Assembly: GCA_973895155.1 (NCBI GenBank)
Contig: OZ316894.1
Coordinates: 14,275,680-14,339,679, forward strand
Direction: 5' to 3'
Origin: Marsupella aquatica
Taxonomy: Eukaryota; Plantae; Marchantiophyta
Length of the DNA: 64,000 nucleotides
Of the stretch, positions 40,203-53,658 are shown piece after piece. Each line of letters opens with the position of its first letter. Position 1 is the stretch's first letter. A program made the translations under genes and the position numbers. Under the pieces are notes generated by a model. It saw only the letters and a program-made list of their open reading frames with translations, was not told the origin of the DNA and ran no database searches.

Positions 40203-40559
40203 CCAACTACTTTCCTAAGCTCCTAATGATGGCTAAACTAGTTTAGCTAAGCTAAATTCTATCTAATGAGCTCAATTTAGGAAAAGGGAGAGAAAACGGT
40301 TTAAGAGATGTTGAATCAAAATTCAACTTAAAACGCCAGAGTGATCCTTCAGATGAAAAACAGTTTATTGGTTAAACTGATCTTCTTATGTCCTTCACTC
40401 CTTCATCTTTTCTAAGTGACTTTATTCTGTCACTTAAAATGCTTCAAAAGATTTGAAAAATTTAGGTTTAATACTCCTTTATAATACTTCCACAAAAAGG
40501 CTTTCCACATAATCCCCTCCTTAAATGTGAAGTGACCCCGCGAACAGTAAGTGTCAAAA

Positions 40560-43163
40560 CAATTTTCTTCAGTAAAAATGTTTCAGGTGAAATTGCTAAA
40601 GATGATAACATTTCTTACTCAAAGAAATAAATAGTGAACAGATTGAACTTGAGGACTTCAGGTCCAAATTTGAGCTTGGTTTGACTTGTGAAGAAAGAAT
40701 TAACGAAGTGTTTACAAAAGACAGCAAACAAGAAACATGATTTAATAACAGAAATTGGTAACAAGAAAAAAAACTGGTAACAGGAAAATGGGTGGAAATT
40801 TTTTTTGAAATTTTTTTGATCGACCAGATTTTTTTTGATCGACCAGATTTTTTTGCTAGTGCCCAAAGCTAGCCAAAAATGTTGCATTGTTAATTTTTTT
40901 GGAAATAACATGTTTTTGGAGACATTTTTAAATTGTCATTTTTCCTGGTAAGAGCATATTAAAAACAGGAAAAAAATTATGTTTACCTATTTCCTGTCTC
41001 CGTCGCTATACCCATAATTAACTTGGATGTGATTCAGTGAGGCTTTTCAAGTTTGAATAAACTTAGGGTGAAAACTGTAATGGAAAGAAACACATGGAAT
41101 AGAAATGGCATTGAAGAAAGGTAAAATCTGTATCAAAGAAAGTGAAGTGCAAATAAATCTCCAACAGTGTATAGTGAAGTGATGGACCGAAAGAAATTCT
41201 CCATCAAAATACTTCAAAATTAAAATGAGATCTCTTCTTCACCGTAGCAGAGGAGTAATAAATCCAAGGAAAATGCTCATAATGTCACTCCCACCAGAAT
41301 TGGAAATCATTTCCACTAACTGCACTTAAAACTTGAAAGCTGTCTCCTAGTGTTTTCGCTTCAGTTTCTTTTTCTTTGGAAGCGAAGCTTGATTCACTTC
41401 TTCAGACTCAGTGTCTGGTTTGACTACTTCAATATCCATATGTAAATCAGCCTGTGCTGATAAATCTGTTGTTGGAGTAGTCATGGACCGTAGTAGGGCA
41501 GTGTTAGAAAAATCGTCATAAGCATTAGAAATTGATGATTTTTGTTTAGGAGTAGGTACTCAAAGACAATTTGCATCAACTACTGGTAATGCCTAACCTT
41601 GTTCTGATCAATAGAAACATTGTTTGGAGCAAGAAGAGAAACAAATGGCTGATCCTCTGATGTCATGGCTAGGGTTGGAGCAACACAATTTGATTGTCTA
41701 GCAGCAACCTTCTCGTAGGGAGCAATGCCTTCAACTACATTCGCTTTGTCCTCCCTTGAAACATGAGTTACTCCCTGTGGTACGTCTGATGGGGTACCCT
41801 AGACAAGTGTGAAGGCTGAACATAATTCCAAATGATTCTCAGTGTACTTTTGCAAATCTCCAATCAATTTCAGAATCGTTTCATACTTCTTGTCCAACAA
41901 ATTCTTCTGGTTGGTAATTGCTAAAGCAATTTTTGTCAAGTTCTTGGTATCATTTTTCCATCCTTCAGACGTCAACGCAGCAAGCTGAAGAGTGTCAGTA
42001 ACAGAGAGTGCGATTCCAGCTACAGCAATTGAGGGAGTATGAACCGATTGCTGGATTATTGGTAAGGCTGAGCCGTGGAGCAACTCCTTCAATCGCTTCT
42101 CAAGTTCACGTTTCTCCACTCTCCACTGTTTCCTTTCTTGATCAATTTGCATAGAAGATGAGTATAGGTCTTCGATCTTAGCAAGTAAAGCATCTCCCGA
42201 ACAAGAAAATCTAGTTTATAGCTGATTAATCAAACCAGCATTGATGGAATTAGCTCTGCAAAAATCATCCATATTGCTACAAAATCGCCCTTCCAACGGA
42301 CATAACGAGTCATCCGAATCCAACTGAATGACAAAGATTTCTTGAGGTTTCTTGATTGATGTTGAACCTCGTGGTCGACCCCTCAACACTCGCACATGGG
42401 CTGCCTGAAACTCAGTTTTGACAAGGATCTCTTCAACATCCTCGTCCTCTGTCTCATTGTCTTCATCTTTGGAGGATGGGTCTTCAACGAGGGCTCTGTC
42501 CGCCTCTTCTTTTTCATAGAACTGTAACTCTGCTGTCGAAAGCTTCTTCTCGAACTTGTACAAGGGGAACAACATGGGTGCCACAAACAAATCGATACCA
42601 TCCTTCACCTTCTTGCACCTCAGCTGAAAAGAATCTAAAAAGCACACTAGCCCAATTGATTGGTTTACCTTTGTCATAGGCGGTGACAATCATGGCAACC
42701 AACTTGCCTGCAATTTGTCTGGGCTTATCAAGTGTCAAAATTGGTACAATAAACGAAGGATTGCTCGAAGTGCTGGATCCTTTGCTGAGTTTGGTGTATA
42801 GTCTTCCTTCGCAAACTCAACAAAGAATTGGTCCTCTCAAATATCATGGAACAATTGGGAGGAGGTGAAATCTTCTGCAATCAGGCCTACCAAAGAAATG
42901 CCATAGCAATCCGCCATCGTCTGCTCAGTAATCGTTGTGTAATCCGATTGGGCAGTCACGTTCTTCCCATGTTTATTCCGCAGGCGTATTTTGTCCACCA
43001 TCTTCACATTGTTGATCACCCAAAGAAAGTTGGCTAACAAATTGATGCCCACCTTCTTGTAATTCTCTCGATTACTGGCCATCTCGGATTCAGGAGGCAT
43101 CACGATCGTCTTCTCCTTCGCCATTGTTGCTTGAACTTTGCTTACAATGGGCGTCTTGACCAC
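40560..43163 (-). pseudogene. Extra ORF of Gypsy-2 between integrase and 3' LTR (env-like position; acidic and coiled-coil segments); 3' limit approximate
   Basis: Fragmented same-sense ORFs 42837-43163, 42514-42738, 42216-42689 and 41799-42152 (coiled-coil-like QIDQERKQWRVEKRELEKRLKELL). Confidence 0.55.
40705..41013 (+). mobile_element. 309-bp MITE-like non-autonomous derivative of the M family
   Basis: Left end GAAGTGTTTACAAAAGACAG matches the M1 left end; right end CCTATTTCCTGTCTCCGTCGCTATACCC matches the M1 right end. 9-bp TSD AGAATTAAC/ATAATTAAC (40696-40704, 41014-41022). One central degenerate palindrome at ~40857. Confidence 0.85.
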
Positions 43164-43554
43164 ACCAGACAGCCGATCTTGCTCTTGGCCTCCTTCTGAC
43201 TTGCGTGCTCAATGTTCAGGTCCGCTTTCTCTTCTCACTCTCTGCCACCTGCATTTGCCAATCTTCTTTCAAGAACGATTCGTTATAGCTGGTATGAGGT
43301 ATTCGTTTGCCCTCTGTGTACTCGCTTCCACTACACGTATTCCTCTTTGCCGCCGAATCAAACCGTTTCAAAGTTGAAAAACAATTCAGCCTTCTCTTAA
43401 TCATTTTCCCGTTTTCCCTAAAAGTATGTGGTTGAGAGAGCTCAAAAAATAAATTTTTTAACAATTTTAACCTAAAATGGTTATCTTAACTTATATCATC
43501 ACCTAATCTTTACGAAGCCATCCCCTCCTTATATAAGGGAGTGACCATACGACC

Positions 43555-46500
43555 CTACTCCAATGGCTGAGCCATGTATTTTTTTACTCTATGGCCATTT
43601 ACTCTAGTAACTAATTCTTCTCCATCAGTAGTGGTAAGTTGTAAGCTACCATTAGACCAAACATTCTTAACTACATAGGGACCTCCCCACCTAGTGTGGA
43701 CTTTTCCTGGAAACTTCAAATAACGATTGTCATATAATAAAACTAAATCTCCTGCCTTAATGGTTGTTGGCTTCAACTTCTTATCATAATTCATCTTCCT
43801 ACGTGCTTGTTGAACATGAGTATGTGTGAGTGCATAAAGACGATTTTCCTCCAAGTGTTCTAATTCTGCTAATCTAATTAATTGGCTTTCTTCAGGGGGT
43901 AAACGTTGGTCTTCCAAGACTCTTGCAGTGGGCAAACTGGATTCTATAGGAACAATAGAGTCCATCCCATAAACCACGTAAAAAGGAGTTCTTTTTGTGG
44001 TGATCTTTTGTGCAGTTCTATATGCCCATAGTGCAAATGCTAACTTCATGTCCCAATCACTCTTATATACAGAAACAATTTTTGTGAGGATTTTACAAAT
44101 GATGCCATTAGCTCTCTCCGTCAAACCATTTGCCTTAGGGTTATAGGGAGTAGTTTTGCGGTGCTTGATCAGGTAAGTGGTGGTGAGCAGTTCTATAGTG
44201 CTATTTAGGAAGTGAGTGCCTCTATCACTAACCAACTCTAAGGGACACCCATGATAGTGATAATATTATCAAAAAGAAAAGTGTTGTAACAACTGCATCA
44301 TCGTTCCGTACTACTTCGGCCTCCACCCACTTGGTGGCATAATCGGTTGCCACTATGATGTAGCAATTCCTCCTTCGTTGGGTAACAAGTTGTATGGGAC
44401 CCACAAAATCAATGCCCCATTTTTCAAAGGGAGCAAGGGGCATTATAGGAACTAAGGGCCATCTCCCACTAAGTAAAGGTTTCCCCATGCGTTGACAAGG
44501 GTGACACCCTTGAATGAAGTCAAGTACATCCTTATGCATGGAGGGCCACCAGTAACCCGCATCACAAACTTTGGCCATCGTTGTATTCACAGCAAAATGT
44601 CCACCCGAATCCCCTTCATGCAATGCACTAATCACTCTGGACACCTCATGCATCTCCAAACATCGCTTAAGCTTAAGGCCAGGCATGGCTTTATGTAACA
44701 CACCTTTAATGAGGGTGTAAGGCCCTGCCTTATGTACAAAAACTGCCTGTTGCTCCGCATTCATGTGTTGAGGAGGTCGACCAGTAATGAGAAAAGAAAC
44801 AATCTCAGCATAAAGCGATTGTTCACCCTCCATGTGAAATAACTCCTCATCAGGAAACACATCGGGAATTGCCTCGGTATCACCTTCTCCTTCCAACCGA
44901 GATAAGTAATCAGCATTGACATGACTATTTCCAAGGCGCAACTCCGCTTTAAACCAGAATTCTTGAAGAATTAGAATCCAGCATGCAATTCGGCCTGACA
45001 ACTCTGCCTTATTAAAAAGATACTTAAGAGAGTTATGATCAGTATGAAAAATAGTGTCATAACCAAGGAGGTAGTGACATAATTTTTTGCAAGAAAAAAC
45101 AATGCCCAGAGCTTCACGTTCAGTGGTGAATAATTTTGCTCGACACTATTGAGTTGATGACTGGCAAAGTAAATAGGGTGGTGCTTATCACGCTCATCTT
45201 TCTGACTTAACTCAATCCCTATGCAAAACTTAGAAGTATCCACGAAAACATGAAACTCTTTTGACCAGTTAGGAGGAAGAAGGACTGGAGCTACAGTCAA
45301 TGTATGTTTGAGGGTGAGGAAGGCATTGTCTCGTGCCTCATTCCACTCATAAGGCACATCCTTTTTAAGAAGTTGATTAAGAGGTGTGGCAAGAACAGAA
45401 TAACCCTCAATAAATTGTCTATAATACCCAATATACCCCAAAAACCCCCTTAACTCACGCAAATTAGTGGGCACTTCTAAGGCAAGGATGACTGTAATTT
45501 TATCGTGATCAACAGCAATGCCTCTCTCCAAAATTTTGTGACCCAATAAAATGCCCTTTGTCATCCCGAAGAAACATTTTTCAGGGTGCAAACACAAGCC
45601 AGCCTCACGACACTTAACAAAGGTCTTCCTCAGTTTCTCCAAATGGTCCCTTGCACCACTGAAAACACAAAAATCATCAATAAAAATCTTCAAAAAATCA
45701 TGCAGATAATCCTGAAAAATAACAGTCATTAGCCTTTGAAAAGTTGCTGGGGCATTACACAACCCAAAGGGCATGCGAGAAAATGCATAGGTGCCCCAAT
45801 CAGTTGTGAATGTAGTTTTAGACTATCCAATTTTCTAATAAAAACCTGGTTATAACCCTGAGAACCCGTCTAAAAAACTATACAATTCCTTACCGGCAAC
45901 TTGATCTAGAATCGTATCCGTAAATGGTAAGGGATGAAAGTCCTTTTTAGTGGCCGCATTTAATTTCCTATAATCCTGACATACTCTAATTTTTACTTTC
46001 CCATCCGGTCCTGGTTTTTTAGGAACTATAACTATAGGCGATATCCATTCACTACTTAAGACAGGGTAAATAAAATCAGCCTCTTTTAATTTCTCTAATT
46101 CCATTTTAACCATGAGGGAATACTTGGGATTTAGTCTATATTGATGCTGCCTAATGGGTATAGCACCCTCTACTAAATCTATATGGTGTTCACCTAAAGT
46201 AGGAGAAATTCCTTTTAGATCATGATGACTCCAGGAAAAAATATCTTTATATTCGTATAAAAGATCCTTGTATACTTGTTTGGTAACATCATCCAAATTT
46301 CTCCCTATGTTAAACATTTTATCCTTTTCTAGTTCTAGTTTAGCATATTGATTCTTTTTAACCATACCCTCAGTTATGCTAGCAGATTCTTGAAAATATG
46401 CAAAGCTTTTTCCTAAGGCTACTTCCCCTTCCTTAGGTTTCTGTGATTGCTATTCATCCAAATCCGATTATGGCATCTCGACAATCGGTTTTGGTTTGAA

Positions 46501-46734
46501 AATTACTTTAGGAGGTAACATCGCTTGAGGATTTGGGGCAAGTAGTTCAGACCTTGAGGAAGTACCAACTTTGTCTACTTTCCTCACATGCTCAGCTGGT
46601 ACTACATCTTCATAAGTGTAGACTTCGAGGTGGCGCACGTCCTCCTCAAAGCTGAATTCGTCCTCCTTGAGCTTCATCATCGCATCCACCCATTGCGAAT
46701 CAATTGTAGAGGTACTATTATCGGACGTATAACC
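43555..46734 (-). pseudogene. Gypsy-2 pol remnant (RT, RNase H, integrase)
   Basis: EWISPIVIVPKK, RVCQDYRKLN, MPFGLCNAPATFQR, IFIDDF, FHVFVDTS, PFEKWGIDFVGP, SDRGTHF, RWGGPY. Confidence 0.95.
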
Positions 46735-47636
46735 GGGTATGATAGCCATGACACAAAACAAAAAACAAAAAACCTATTACCAGGAGATATTTTGTTGTTA
46801 ACAGTCAAATTTTACCTGTTACCAGTAAGCATTTCCCTATTACCAGTTTTGCATCAACCATAGCCCTTTGATCCAAATGAAAAACTACGCTAATCACATA
46901 ATTTTGCTTTAGTGAATTAGGTTATAAACAAACAATTATTTAGTGCCATCCGATGGATGAAGAGTACTATCAATCCTCCCTTGACACAACATTTTGTTGT
47001 AGAAGATAACAGAACACGGTATTGGGACTATACCCAATGAAACATTCATTCAAATATCACTATTCGTCTAGGCTAAAGAGTGACCCTTAGGGTGGGACCC
47101 ATCATAGCACAAGTGAAGAGTACTGTCCAAATCAACTCAATCTAAATGAGTTCACTTAAATGGGCCGTGTATCGTCACAAACAAATGACAAAACACCTCC
47201 TAGCGACAACTATATTTTTCAGAATAATTGAATAAACGCGGCTTTAAAGATAAAAGAGAATGATATCAACTTACACATTTTAAATAAAACATGTTGTAAT
47301 GCTTACACTATACGCGTACATAATAAAGCAAGGAACGTAAGATTTCTGGAAGCAGCGCCCGGCGCTAACCAAAAAATTCCGAATAAAACAAGTAAAATAT
47401 TCGTTGGCTAAAGACAAAATAGTGACTATCCGTTATATTGAACGACCTATACGGAAGTTTTGGCCTCTATTATAAGCCATTCAAGTTCAATTCTGCCTCT
47501 CCAAGACAAGCCTGACTTCGCCCACAGTCAAAATTGGTTGGCTACAAAGAGTCGACTCCTCAACCTCAAGTTTGAAAACATTTATGTACACCCAGTATAG
47601 ATGTTTACAAGGCATGTACAACTTGCCACGCGAATG
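46735..47636 (-). mobile_element. M3: terminal fragment of a third M-family copy, inserted in Gypsy-2 pol and interrupted by Copia-3
   Basis: Terminus GGGTATGATAGCCATGACAC at 46735, palindrome at 47353, and the 3' end of gene B. Confidence 0.8.
47487..47636 (-). pseudogene. Gene B (M3) C-terminal SWIM fragment
   Basis: My translation of the minus strand: HSRGKLYMPCKHLYWVYINVFKLEVEESTLCSQPILTVGEVRLVLERQN*, close to the M1 C-terminus. Confidence 0.85.
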
Positions 47637-49433
47637 TGTAGGAAAACCGTCAGCTCCAGACTAGACAGCAATGCGGAACATGAGAGCACTCAATCTCACA
47701 CTACACCAACAAGACACCACGATCATGGAGAAACTCCTGAAGGATCCATAGCTCATGAGATTGAACATGTGAAGAATGAGGGAGAGAATGCTCTCCCTCC
47801 AACCTATACCCCCCAAGGGGAACTAAGATGTGTGGGCCTAAATAAGTGGATCTTATCCTAAACTAACCAAGGGTCAATTAACCCTAGTAAGGCCAAACTA
47901 ACTATAGTCGAGAACTTGAGTAAATTCCTAATAATCTCCACCTTGACTCCAGTTCACACAATGAGGCAGGTGATATACAATATGTAACTAAGTAACATAT
48001 CTACATAGTCTCCAGTTTGGCCCTAACATTAATTATATCTACACAATGACTAAAGCTACTGGTAGGTAAAACTTTGGTAAACATGTCTGCTGCATTCTCC
48101 TCTGAAGCCACCTTCTCCAGAAACATCTGTTTTGTCTCAATCACCTCACGGATGAAGTGATAACGAATATCAATGTGCTTTGTCCTAGCGTGGAACACAC
48201 GGTTCTTTGCTAGATGCAAAGCACTTTGATTGTCACGCAGTAGCACCGGTCTTTCAAGTAAAAGACCCAAATCACTCACCAATCTCCGTAGCCAGATCAG
48301 CTCCTTGGTTGCCTTGCAGGCAGCCATGTACTCAGTCTCAGTAGTAGACAACGCAACACAGGATTGAGTTGTCGACTTCCAGCTGATACAACCTCCACCC
48401 AACATAAACACATAGCCTGTAGTAGACGTCCTGTTATCCAAGTTACCAACATAATCTGAATCTATAAAACCTCCCAACTCTAATGTAGAGTTTGCTTTAC
48501 CGTCAAATAGAATCCCACAATCTAAGGTACCTTTCAGATATTACAAAACCCATTTCACTGCTTCCCAATGAAGTTTACCAGGGTTTGCCATAAATCTACT
48601 CAAAATGCTAACGGCATGGGCAATGTCAGGTCTAGTGCATGTCATTACATACATCAAACTACCCACAACACTATCATAGGGAACCTATTTCATTGCCAGT
48701 CTATCACTCTCACTAGAAGGGCAATCATTCTTTGAGAGTTTAAAAGTGGGAAGCCAATGGAGTACCAACTGGTTTTGCATTCTCCATCCCATACTTGGCA
48801 AGTACTTTCTCTAAATACTGCCTCTAAGACAACCATAATTGCCTCTGCTCCCTATCACGATGAATCTCCATCCCTAGAATCTTCTTGGCCTGACCCAAGT
48901 CCTTCATTGAAAACTCCTTACTCAACATTGCTTTCAGATGGGCAACATCAGACTTATTCTCAGCCAGGATCAGCATGTCATCCATGTATAGTGCCAGCAC
49001 AATGTAACCAAAGCGTGAGTAATTCTCCACCTTCTTCATGTAAATACAACAATCATGTTCACTCCGCGTGAACCCCTGTGATAACATGAAGGAATCAAAA
49101 TAAAAAATCCATTCCAAGGAACATGAAGGAATCAAAATGCTTATTCCATTGTCTGGGACTCTACTTCAATTCGTATAACGAGCGCAAGAGCTGACACACC
49201 AAGTGTCTGGTCTTCTTGTCAATAAAATCTGGAGACTGAGCCATATAAATCCCCACATCAAGCAATCCATGCAGGAAAGTAGTAATTACATCCATTGATC
49301 TAGCTCAAGATCATAGAATGCCACACTTGCAAGTAAAACATGAATAGTAGCGAGTTTGACAACTGGTGAGAAAATCTCTGTGTAGTCCAAGCCCTCCTTT
49401 TGGGTGTACCCTTTGGCCACAAGGCGTGCCTTG
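47637..49433 (-). mobile_element. Copia-3: 3' LTR (47637-47933), PPT and RT/RNase H remnant; cut by M4
   Basis: LTR start resembles the Copia-1 LTR; PPT AAGGTGGAGA; RNase H (GFIDSDY, FHARTKHIDIRYHFIRE). RT breaks off at [10 protein letters not shown] at 49433. Confidence 0.9.
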
Positions 49434-49844
49434 GGGTATAACCACCGTGACAGCAAATAGTAAATAGATTTGCTGTTACGAGCAAAAATTTACTCATACG
49501 AGTAATTCAATTACTCATAGCAGAAAATCTGTTTACTCATACGAGAAACTATTTACTTGTACGAGTTTTATAGGTTATTCAAAGTTGACAAAAAGGGCTC
49601 TATTTTAAACAACAACAGCCATATAAGCGCTCTCTGAAATGCTAACATAATGGGGTCCACCATTCAATGATAAATAACGGGCAATATAGAGGTCATTATA
49701 AGAAGACGCACTTTATTTAACAGTCAATATATTTGCTATATTTAACAGACAACACATATTTTTGGATAAGAAAGTAATGGGTACATCTTCTGCCCGTTAG
49801 AAAAGACAAATGCCACTTAAAGCTGTTGAACGGCACCAAATTGA

Positions 49845-52800
49845 CTACATGTCCGTTCCATTTTGTCGATCAAGCAGGTAACGGACTTCGCCCAATGTCA
49901 GAACTGGTTGATTAGATAGTGTCGAATCGTGAAGACTCAACTTCAACACAGTCTTGAATACCCAATATAGATGTTTGCAAGGCATGTAAGGTTTCCTATA
50001 AATGTGCCTCCGATAGAAATCCTCACAGGAACAGCAAGGAAAATAACAAATTTGCACCCAATAAGAGGCAGCAATCCTCTTATGTTCATGTGTTCTGATA
50101 CAATACTGCTTCCCCCACGCATTCCCACTCGTGACATCTCTCTCGCATACGAGTCTCATTACTTCCATTTCGGATGCTTCGATCTTCTTGTAATGTGTTT
50201 GAGTTAGATTCACTCTCTCCAAGCACTTCCTTCCATTCCTGGAACCACATCTGAAAATTGGGTCCGCTAAATTGATCCTCTCTTGGAACAAATTCACATC
50301 AATGCGCAACTCAGACGAGGATGGCTCCTGACCTTCCCTTACCTCTCCTGTACCAATTAGACCTTGTTCTCTCAAGAATTGGATCTTGCCCTCCTGGAGA
50401 TTGGTCCCTCTCGCAATGGGAAGAACGGGTGGTATATTGGGAATGTTTGAAACACCTCTTCTTGGCCAACTTTTGTGACATTTGTTGTTTGGGCAAAACC
50501 ATATCTGGTCCGGATGAGGTTCTCCTCTAAAAAGTCTACATCCTCTTACAGATATTGCGACAACTCCTTTTGGATTTGGAAACAAAATATTCTCTGAAAT
50601 TTATACCCAACCTTCTTTACTCGATTTTGACATTCGTCGCGGCTTCCTCTCCAACCGAGGGTCCCATTACAAGCTGGACCAGCACCACGTTTTGCAGTTC
50701 GTCGGAGCTACCAAAGACATGGAGCTATGTTAGTTTCCATCGGGAGAAGAGATTCCTCAGGCGCGGCCTCAGCTTGATGTTTGATGAGAGGAACAAAAGA
50801 TCTTGTCGTTCGACATGAGGGTGTCTCAAGGACGACGACCTCCTCAGAATCTTCACTCTTAGTTTGAGACAAATTAACGATGCCACTTCCACCAGCAGAA
50901 GGTGTGGAAGACATCTTCTCGAAGTCTGTGGAATGGAGGTTTCTCCTCTTCAAACCCCTTGTATTTGGTGAAGTCACAAGGATAGTATCATGCCTGTGAG
51001 AGTCTTGTGCCGAGACATTCCCACTTGCATTACCTTTTCGTTTCACCGATCGAGTGATGACGTCTCCATTCAATGGAATAGTTCTTTCCAAATCAAATTC
51101 AGCTGCGTTGGAAAGAAGGAGATTGGTCGCTTCTTCAAATAGACGTGGAGACCATATCATGTCCGCAGATCTGACAGCCAACTCAAAGATAGTGGGTCCA
51201 GTTCCCCGATGTAATCCTCGACCGTGTGCAGTATAAGCTACGATTTGACATACGACTTGGTTTTGGTCAGTTTTGCATCCCTCCATGAGGCCAACCCGCT
51301 TCTTCATTTGCCACGCCTTCATGCCTGCATGCATTGATTCCGAACCAGTACAATCTGGAATCATACCTGCCTCCTCAACATTCTTGCTCTGTCATTGGAA
51401 ACGAATAAATGTATTTAGCAACTACAGTAATTTGCGACAAGTGGAGTTTGTATTTATGCTATATGGACTCTAACTATAAGTAGCGCTATTAAATCTCTTG
51501 CATCAATGCCATGTTCGTAGTTGCAAAAGTCTGCTTGTTCACACTAGCGCTTGGCACTACTATACTGTAACAAGGCATTGGACTCCGAGTACTCATTTTC
51601 CATATTAGCGTCGGGCGCTATTACAAAACATTGGTAATGGACTATCGTGACTATAAGAAAAGACTTACCAGTCTTATGAAGTTTCCCCACTGTCTCCAAC
51701 GGACGACCCACCATGAGAGCCATCCTTGCAACATTCAAAGCTTCCCCTGATGGCAATTTCCAGCTCGCCACCAATCATCGATCTCTCTTGACATACGATA
51801 TGCGTTCAAAAATGTTTTTGCATTACGAAGACCGTCCCACATCTTCTTGTGTTCTTCAAGTTTTCCTTCTGGAACACCTTCGCATGAATGCCGACGAAAT
51901 GACTGATAAAAATGAAATGCATCTGATCGCTCTCGGTCAGGATCAAGTACCCCATTGAAGAAAACATTTTGCACCGCATTCCAACCAGTCTGGGCATTGT
52001 CCGCCATGAATCCTTGAATTTGAATGTTCTTCGGGCCATTTTCACTCGCAACTTCTATCATCAATCGCCATGCTCTCTCTAAGGACTTGGTGTCTTCAGC
52101 CTTTAACTCACAAGTGAAAATTGTACAAAGTGCCCGATAGTGATGATCATATACATGAACACTAAAAGTTAGCCAGTCTGATGTAATTCTATGCATGATG
52201 TCAAAACTCACCCATGACCCCTCTAATGAACACCAGGCTGCATTTTCCAGAGAAGGTCGATCCCAGATCGTTTGCCTTTCACAATCATCTTGAAGATGTG
52301 AGCACTTTCGTCTCGACATCCTTGGCCTGGAAGCAAATACCTATGAAGAAAGGGAAGTGTCACACACTTTTGCATCCGCACCAAATATTCAAGCTCACTT
52401 TTACCTTTCTGGTCTTGCCTCACACTTCGCAAAATAGAAGCAAACTTTTGTGGGGTAGCAACAACCATGAGGGACTCCCATATCTCCTTCTCCTCTTCCG
52501 AAGACATTTCCTCCACGGATTCCTCACAAAGGGCATTGGTTAGAGAGTCTGTAGCCGCATTTTTTATCCCAGCAGGCGTAGCTCGTGGATTAGCCTGGAA
52601 CTCCTTTGCGAGGTGAGTCTTAGCAACCTTTTCAGCCTCTCTCGACCACACCCGACGACTGGGATGGTTGTGAAATCCCATGTGCATAGCCAGCCGGGAC
52701 ATATACGCCAAATCTGTTGAATCCACTTTGGCCGAAGGATACATATAGAACATCATGGCCGGACACGATCTCGTACACATTGAAGGTTCAGAGCAGTGGT

Positions 52801-53658
52801 GACAGACAATACCACCTTGCGGGATGAGTTCTCCAACTCGAAAGGTTCCTGAGAGTTTTGGTGATCTTGCCCAGACTTGGTTGTTCCTAGTCTTTTTGTC
52901 TCTCAAGAATTGGCAGGAATTGTTCCGACATTCAAGAGAACCGGTACATTGAACCTTTCCAAAATCCCACATCTTCTTTGGTAAAATATTCGAAGATGTT
53001 TTGACAATGCGCGTCCAATAATAGCAATCCTTCCCGCGGTCCATGTCCTTCAGTCGTTCCCCTTTTGAATTCACGCAATCAACTGGAGGCAACTCAAACA
53101 CAACATTCCCATTCTATGTCATCGGGAGGCTGGGAACTATCTGATGCGTGAAATCCTTCTCCCTAATGAAACAAGATAACTCGCTATGCCCCTTTGATTT
53201 TAGGATAGTATCCATTGCACTTTGCCGATATACAATTGGAACATCTCGAACCTCCATCTTCACAACCAAGGGATCCATTGGGATCCTTTTTGGGACATCA
53301 AAGGAAAGGGGATAATTTTTCCCCTCGTCTTCCGAAGTGTCAGAGAGATTGACAACATCAACACCACCGGGAATAGAACATGGATCTTGCTATGCTTCAG
53401 AATCTTCCAAAATAAAGACCGCATATACTTTATCCGGATACATCGTCCAAAACCTGAGTCCATCAACGATATCGTAGAAGATGGTATTTGCCTTTGAATC
53501 CTTAGGGAGGAGGGACACAGAGAGAATACACTCTTTTGAAACATCAAATCTTAACCCCAAGATTCATCCAAAACTCTCCTTGACTGAGATTCAGGGGATA
53601 CGATAACCGTGACAACATCCCGCGTGTCCTTGCGTCTAACTACAATTGATCGTCCCAT
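49845..53658 (-). pseudogene. Gene B (M4) transposase; intron ~51389-51668
   Basis: MGRSIVVRRKDT…FELPP…HMGFHNHP…WVSFDIMH…GFMADN…SDAFH…TGSESMH…CSCEDF…PCKH. Confidence 0.87.

Larger units (their letters stand above)
33748..40509 (-). repeat. Gypsy-2 3' LTR (~955 bp after removing the nested Bianca element)
   Basis: Begins TGTGG at 33748 and ends CCACA at 40509, adjacent to the PPT. The partner LTR is not in the window. Confidence 0.7.
33748..46734 (-). mobile_element. Gypsy-2: Athila-like non-chromovirus Gypsy, 3' portion; 5' part cut off by M3
   Basis: Minus-strand RT-RNase H-integrase, an extra ORF, PPT AAGGAGGGGA (40513-40522) and an LTR bounded by TGTGG…CCACA. Confidence 0.85.

Noticed and set aside
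40532-40546. LTR end at …CCCCGCGAACA
   Set aside because: No adjacent PPT or TSD. The CCACA at 40509 next to the PPT, matching TGTGG at 33748, fits better.
40985-41013. Right terminus of M2
   Set aside because: It is the gene-B-side end type, which M2 already has at 18234. Its flank matches the TSD at 40696-40704, so it belongs to the MITE.
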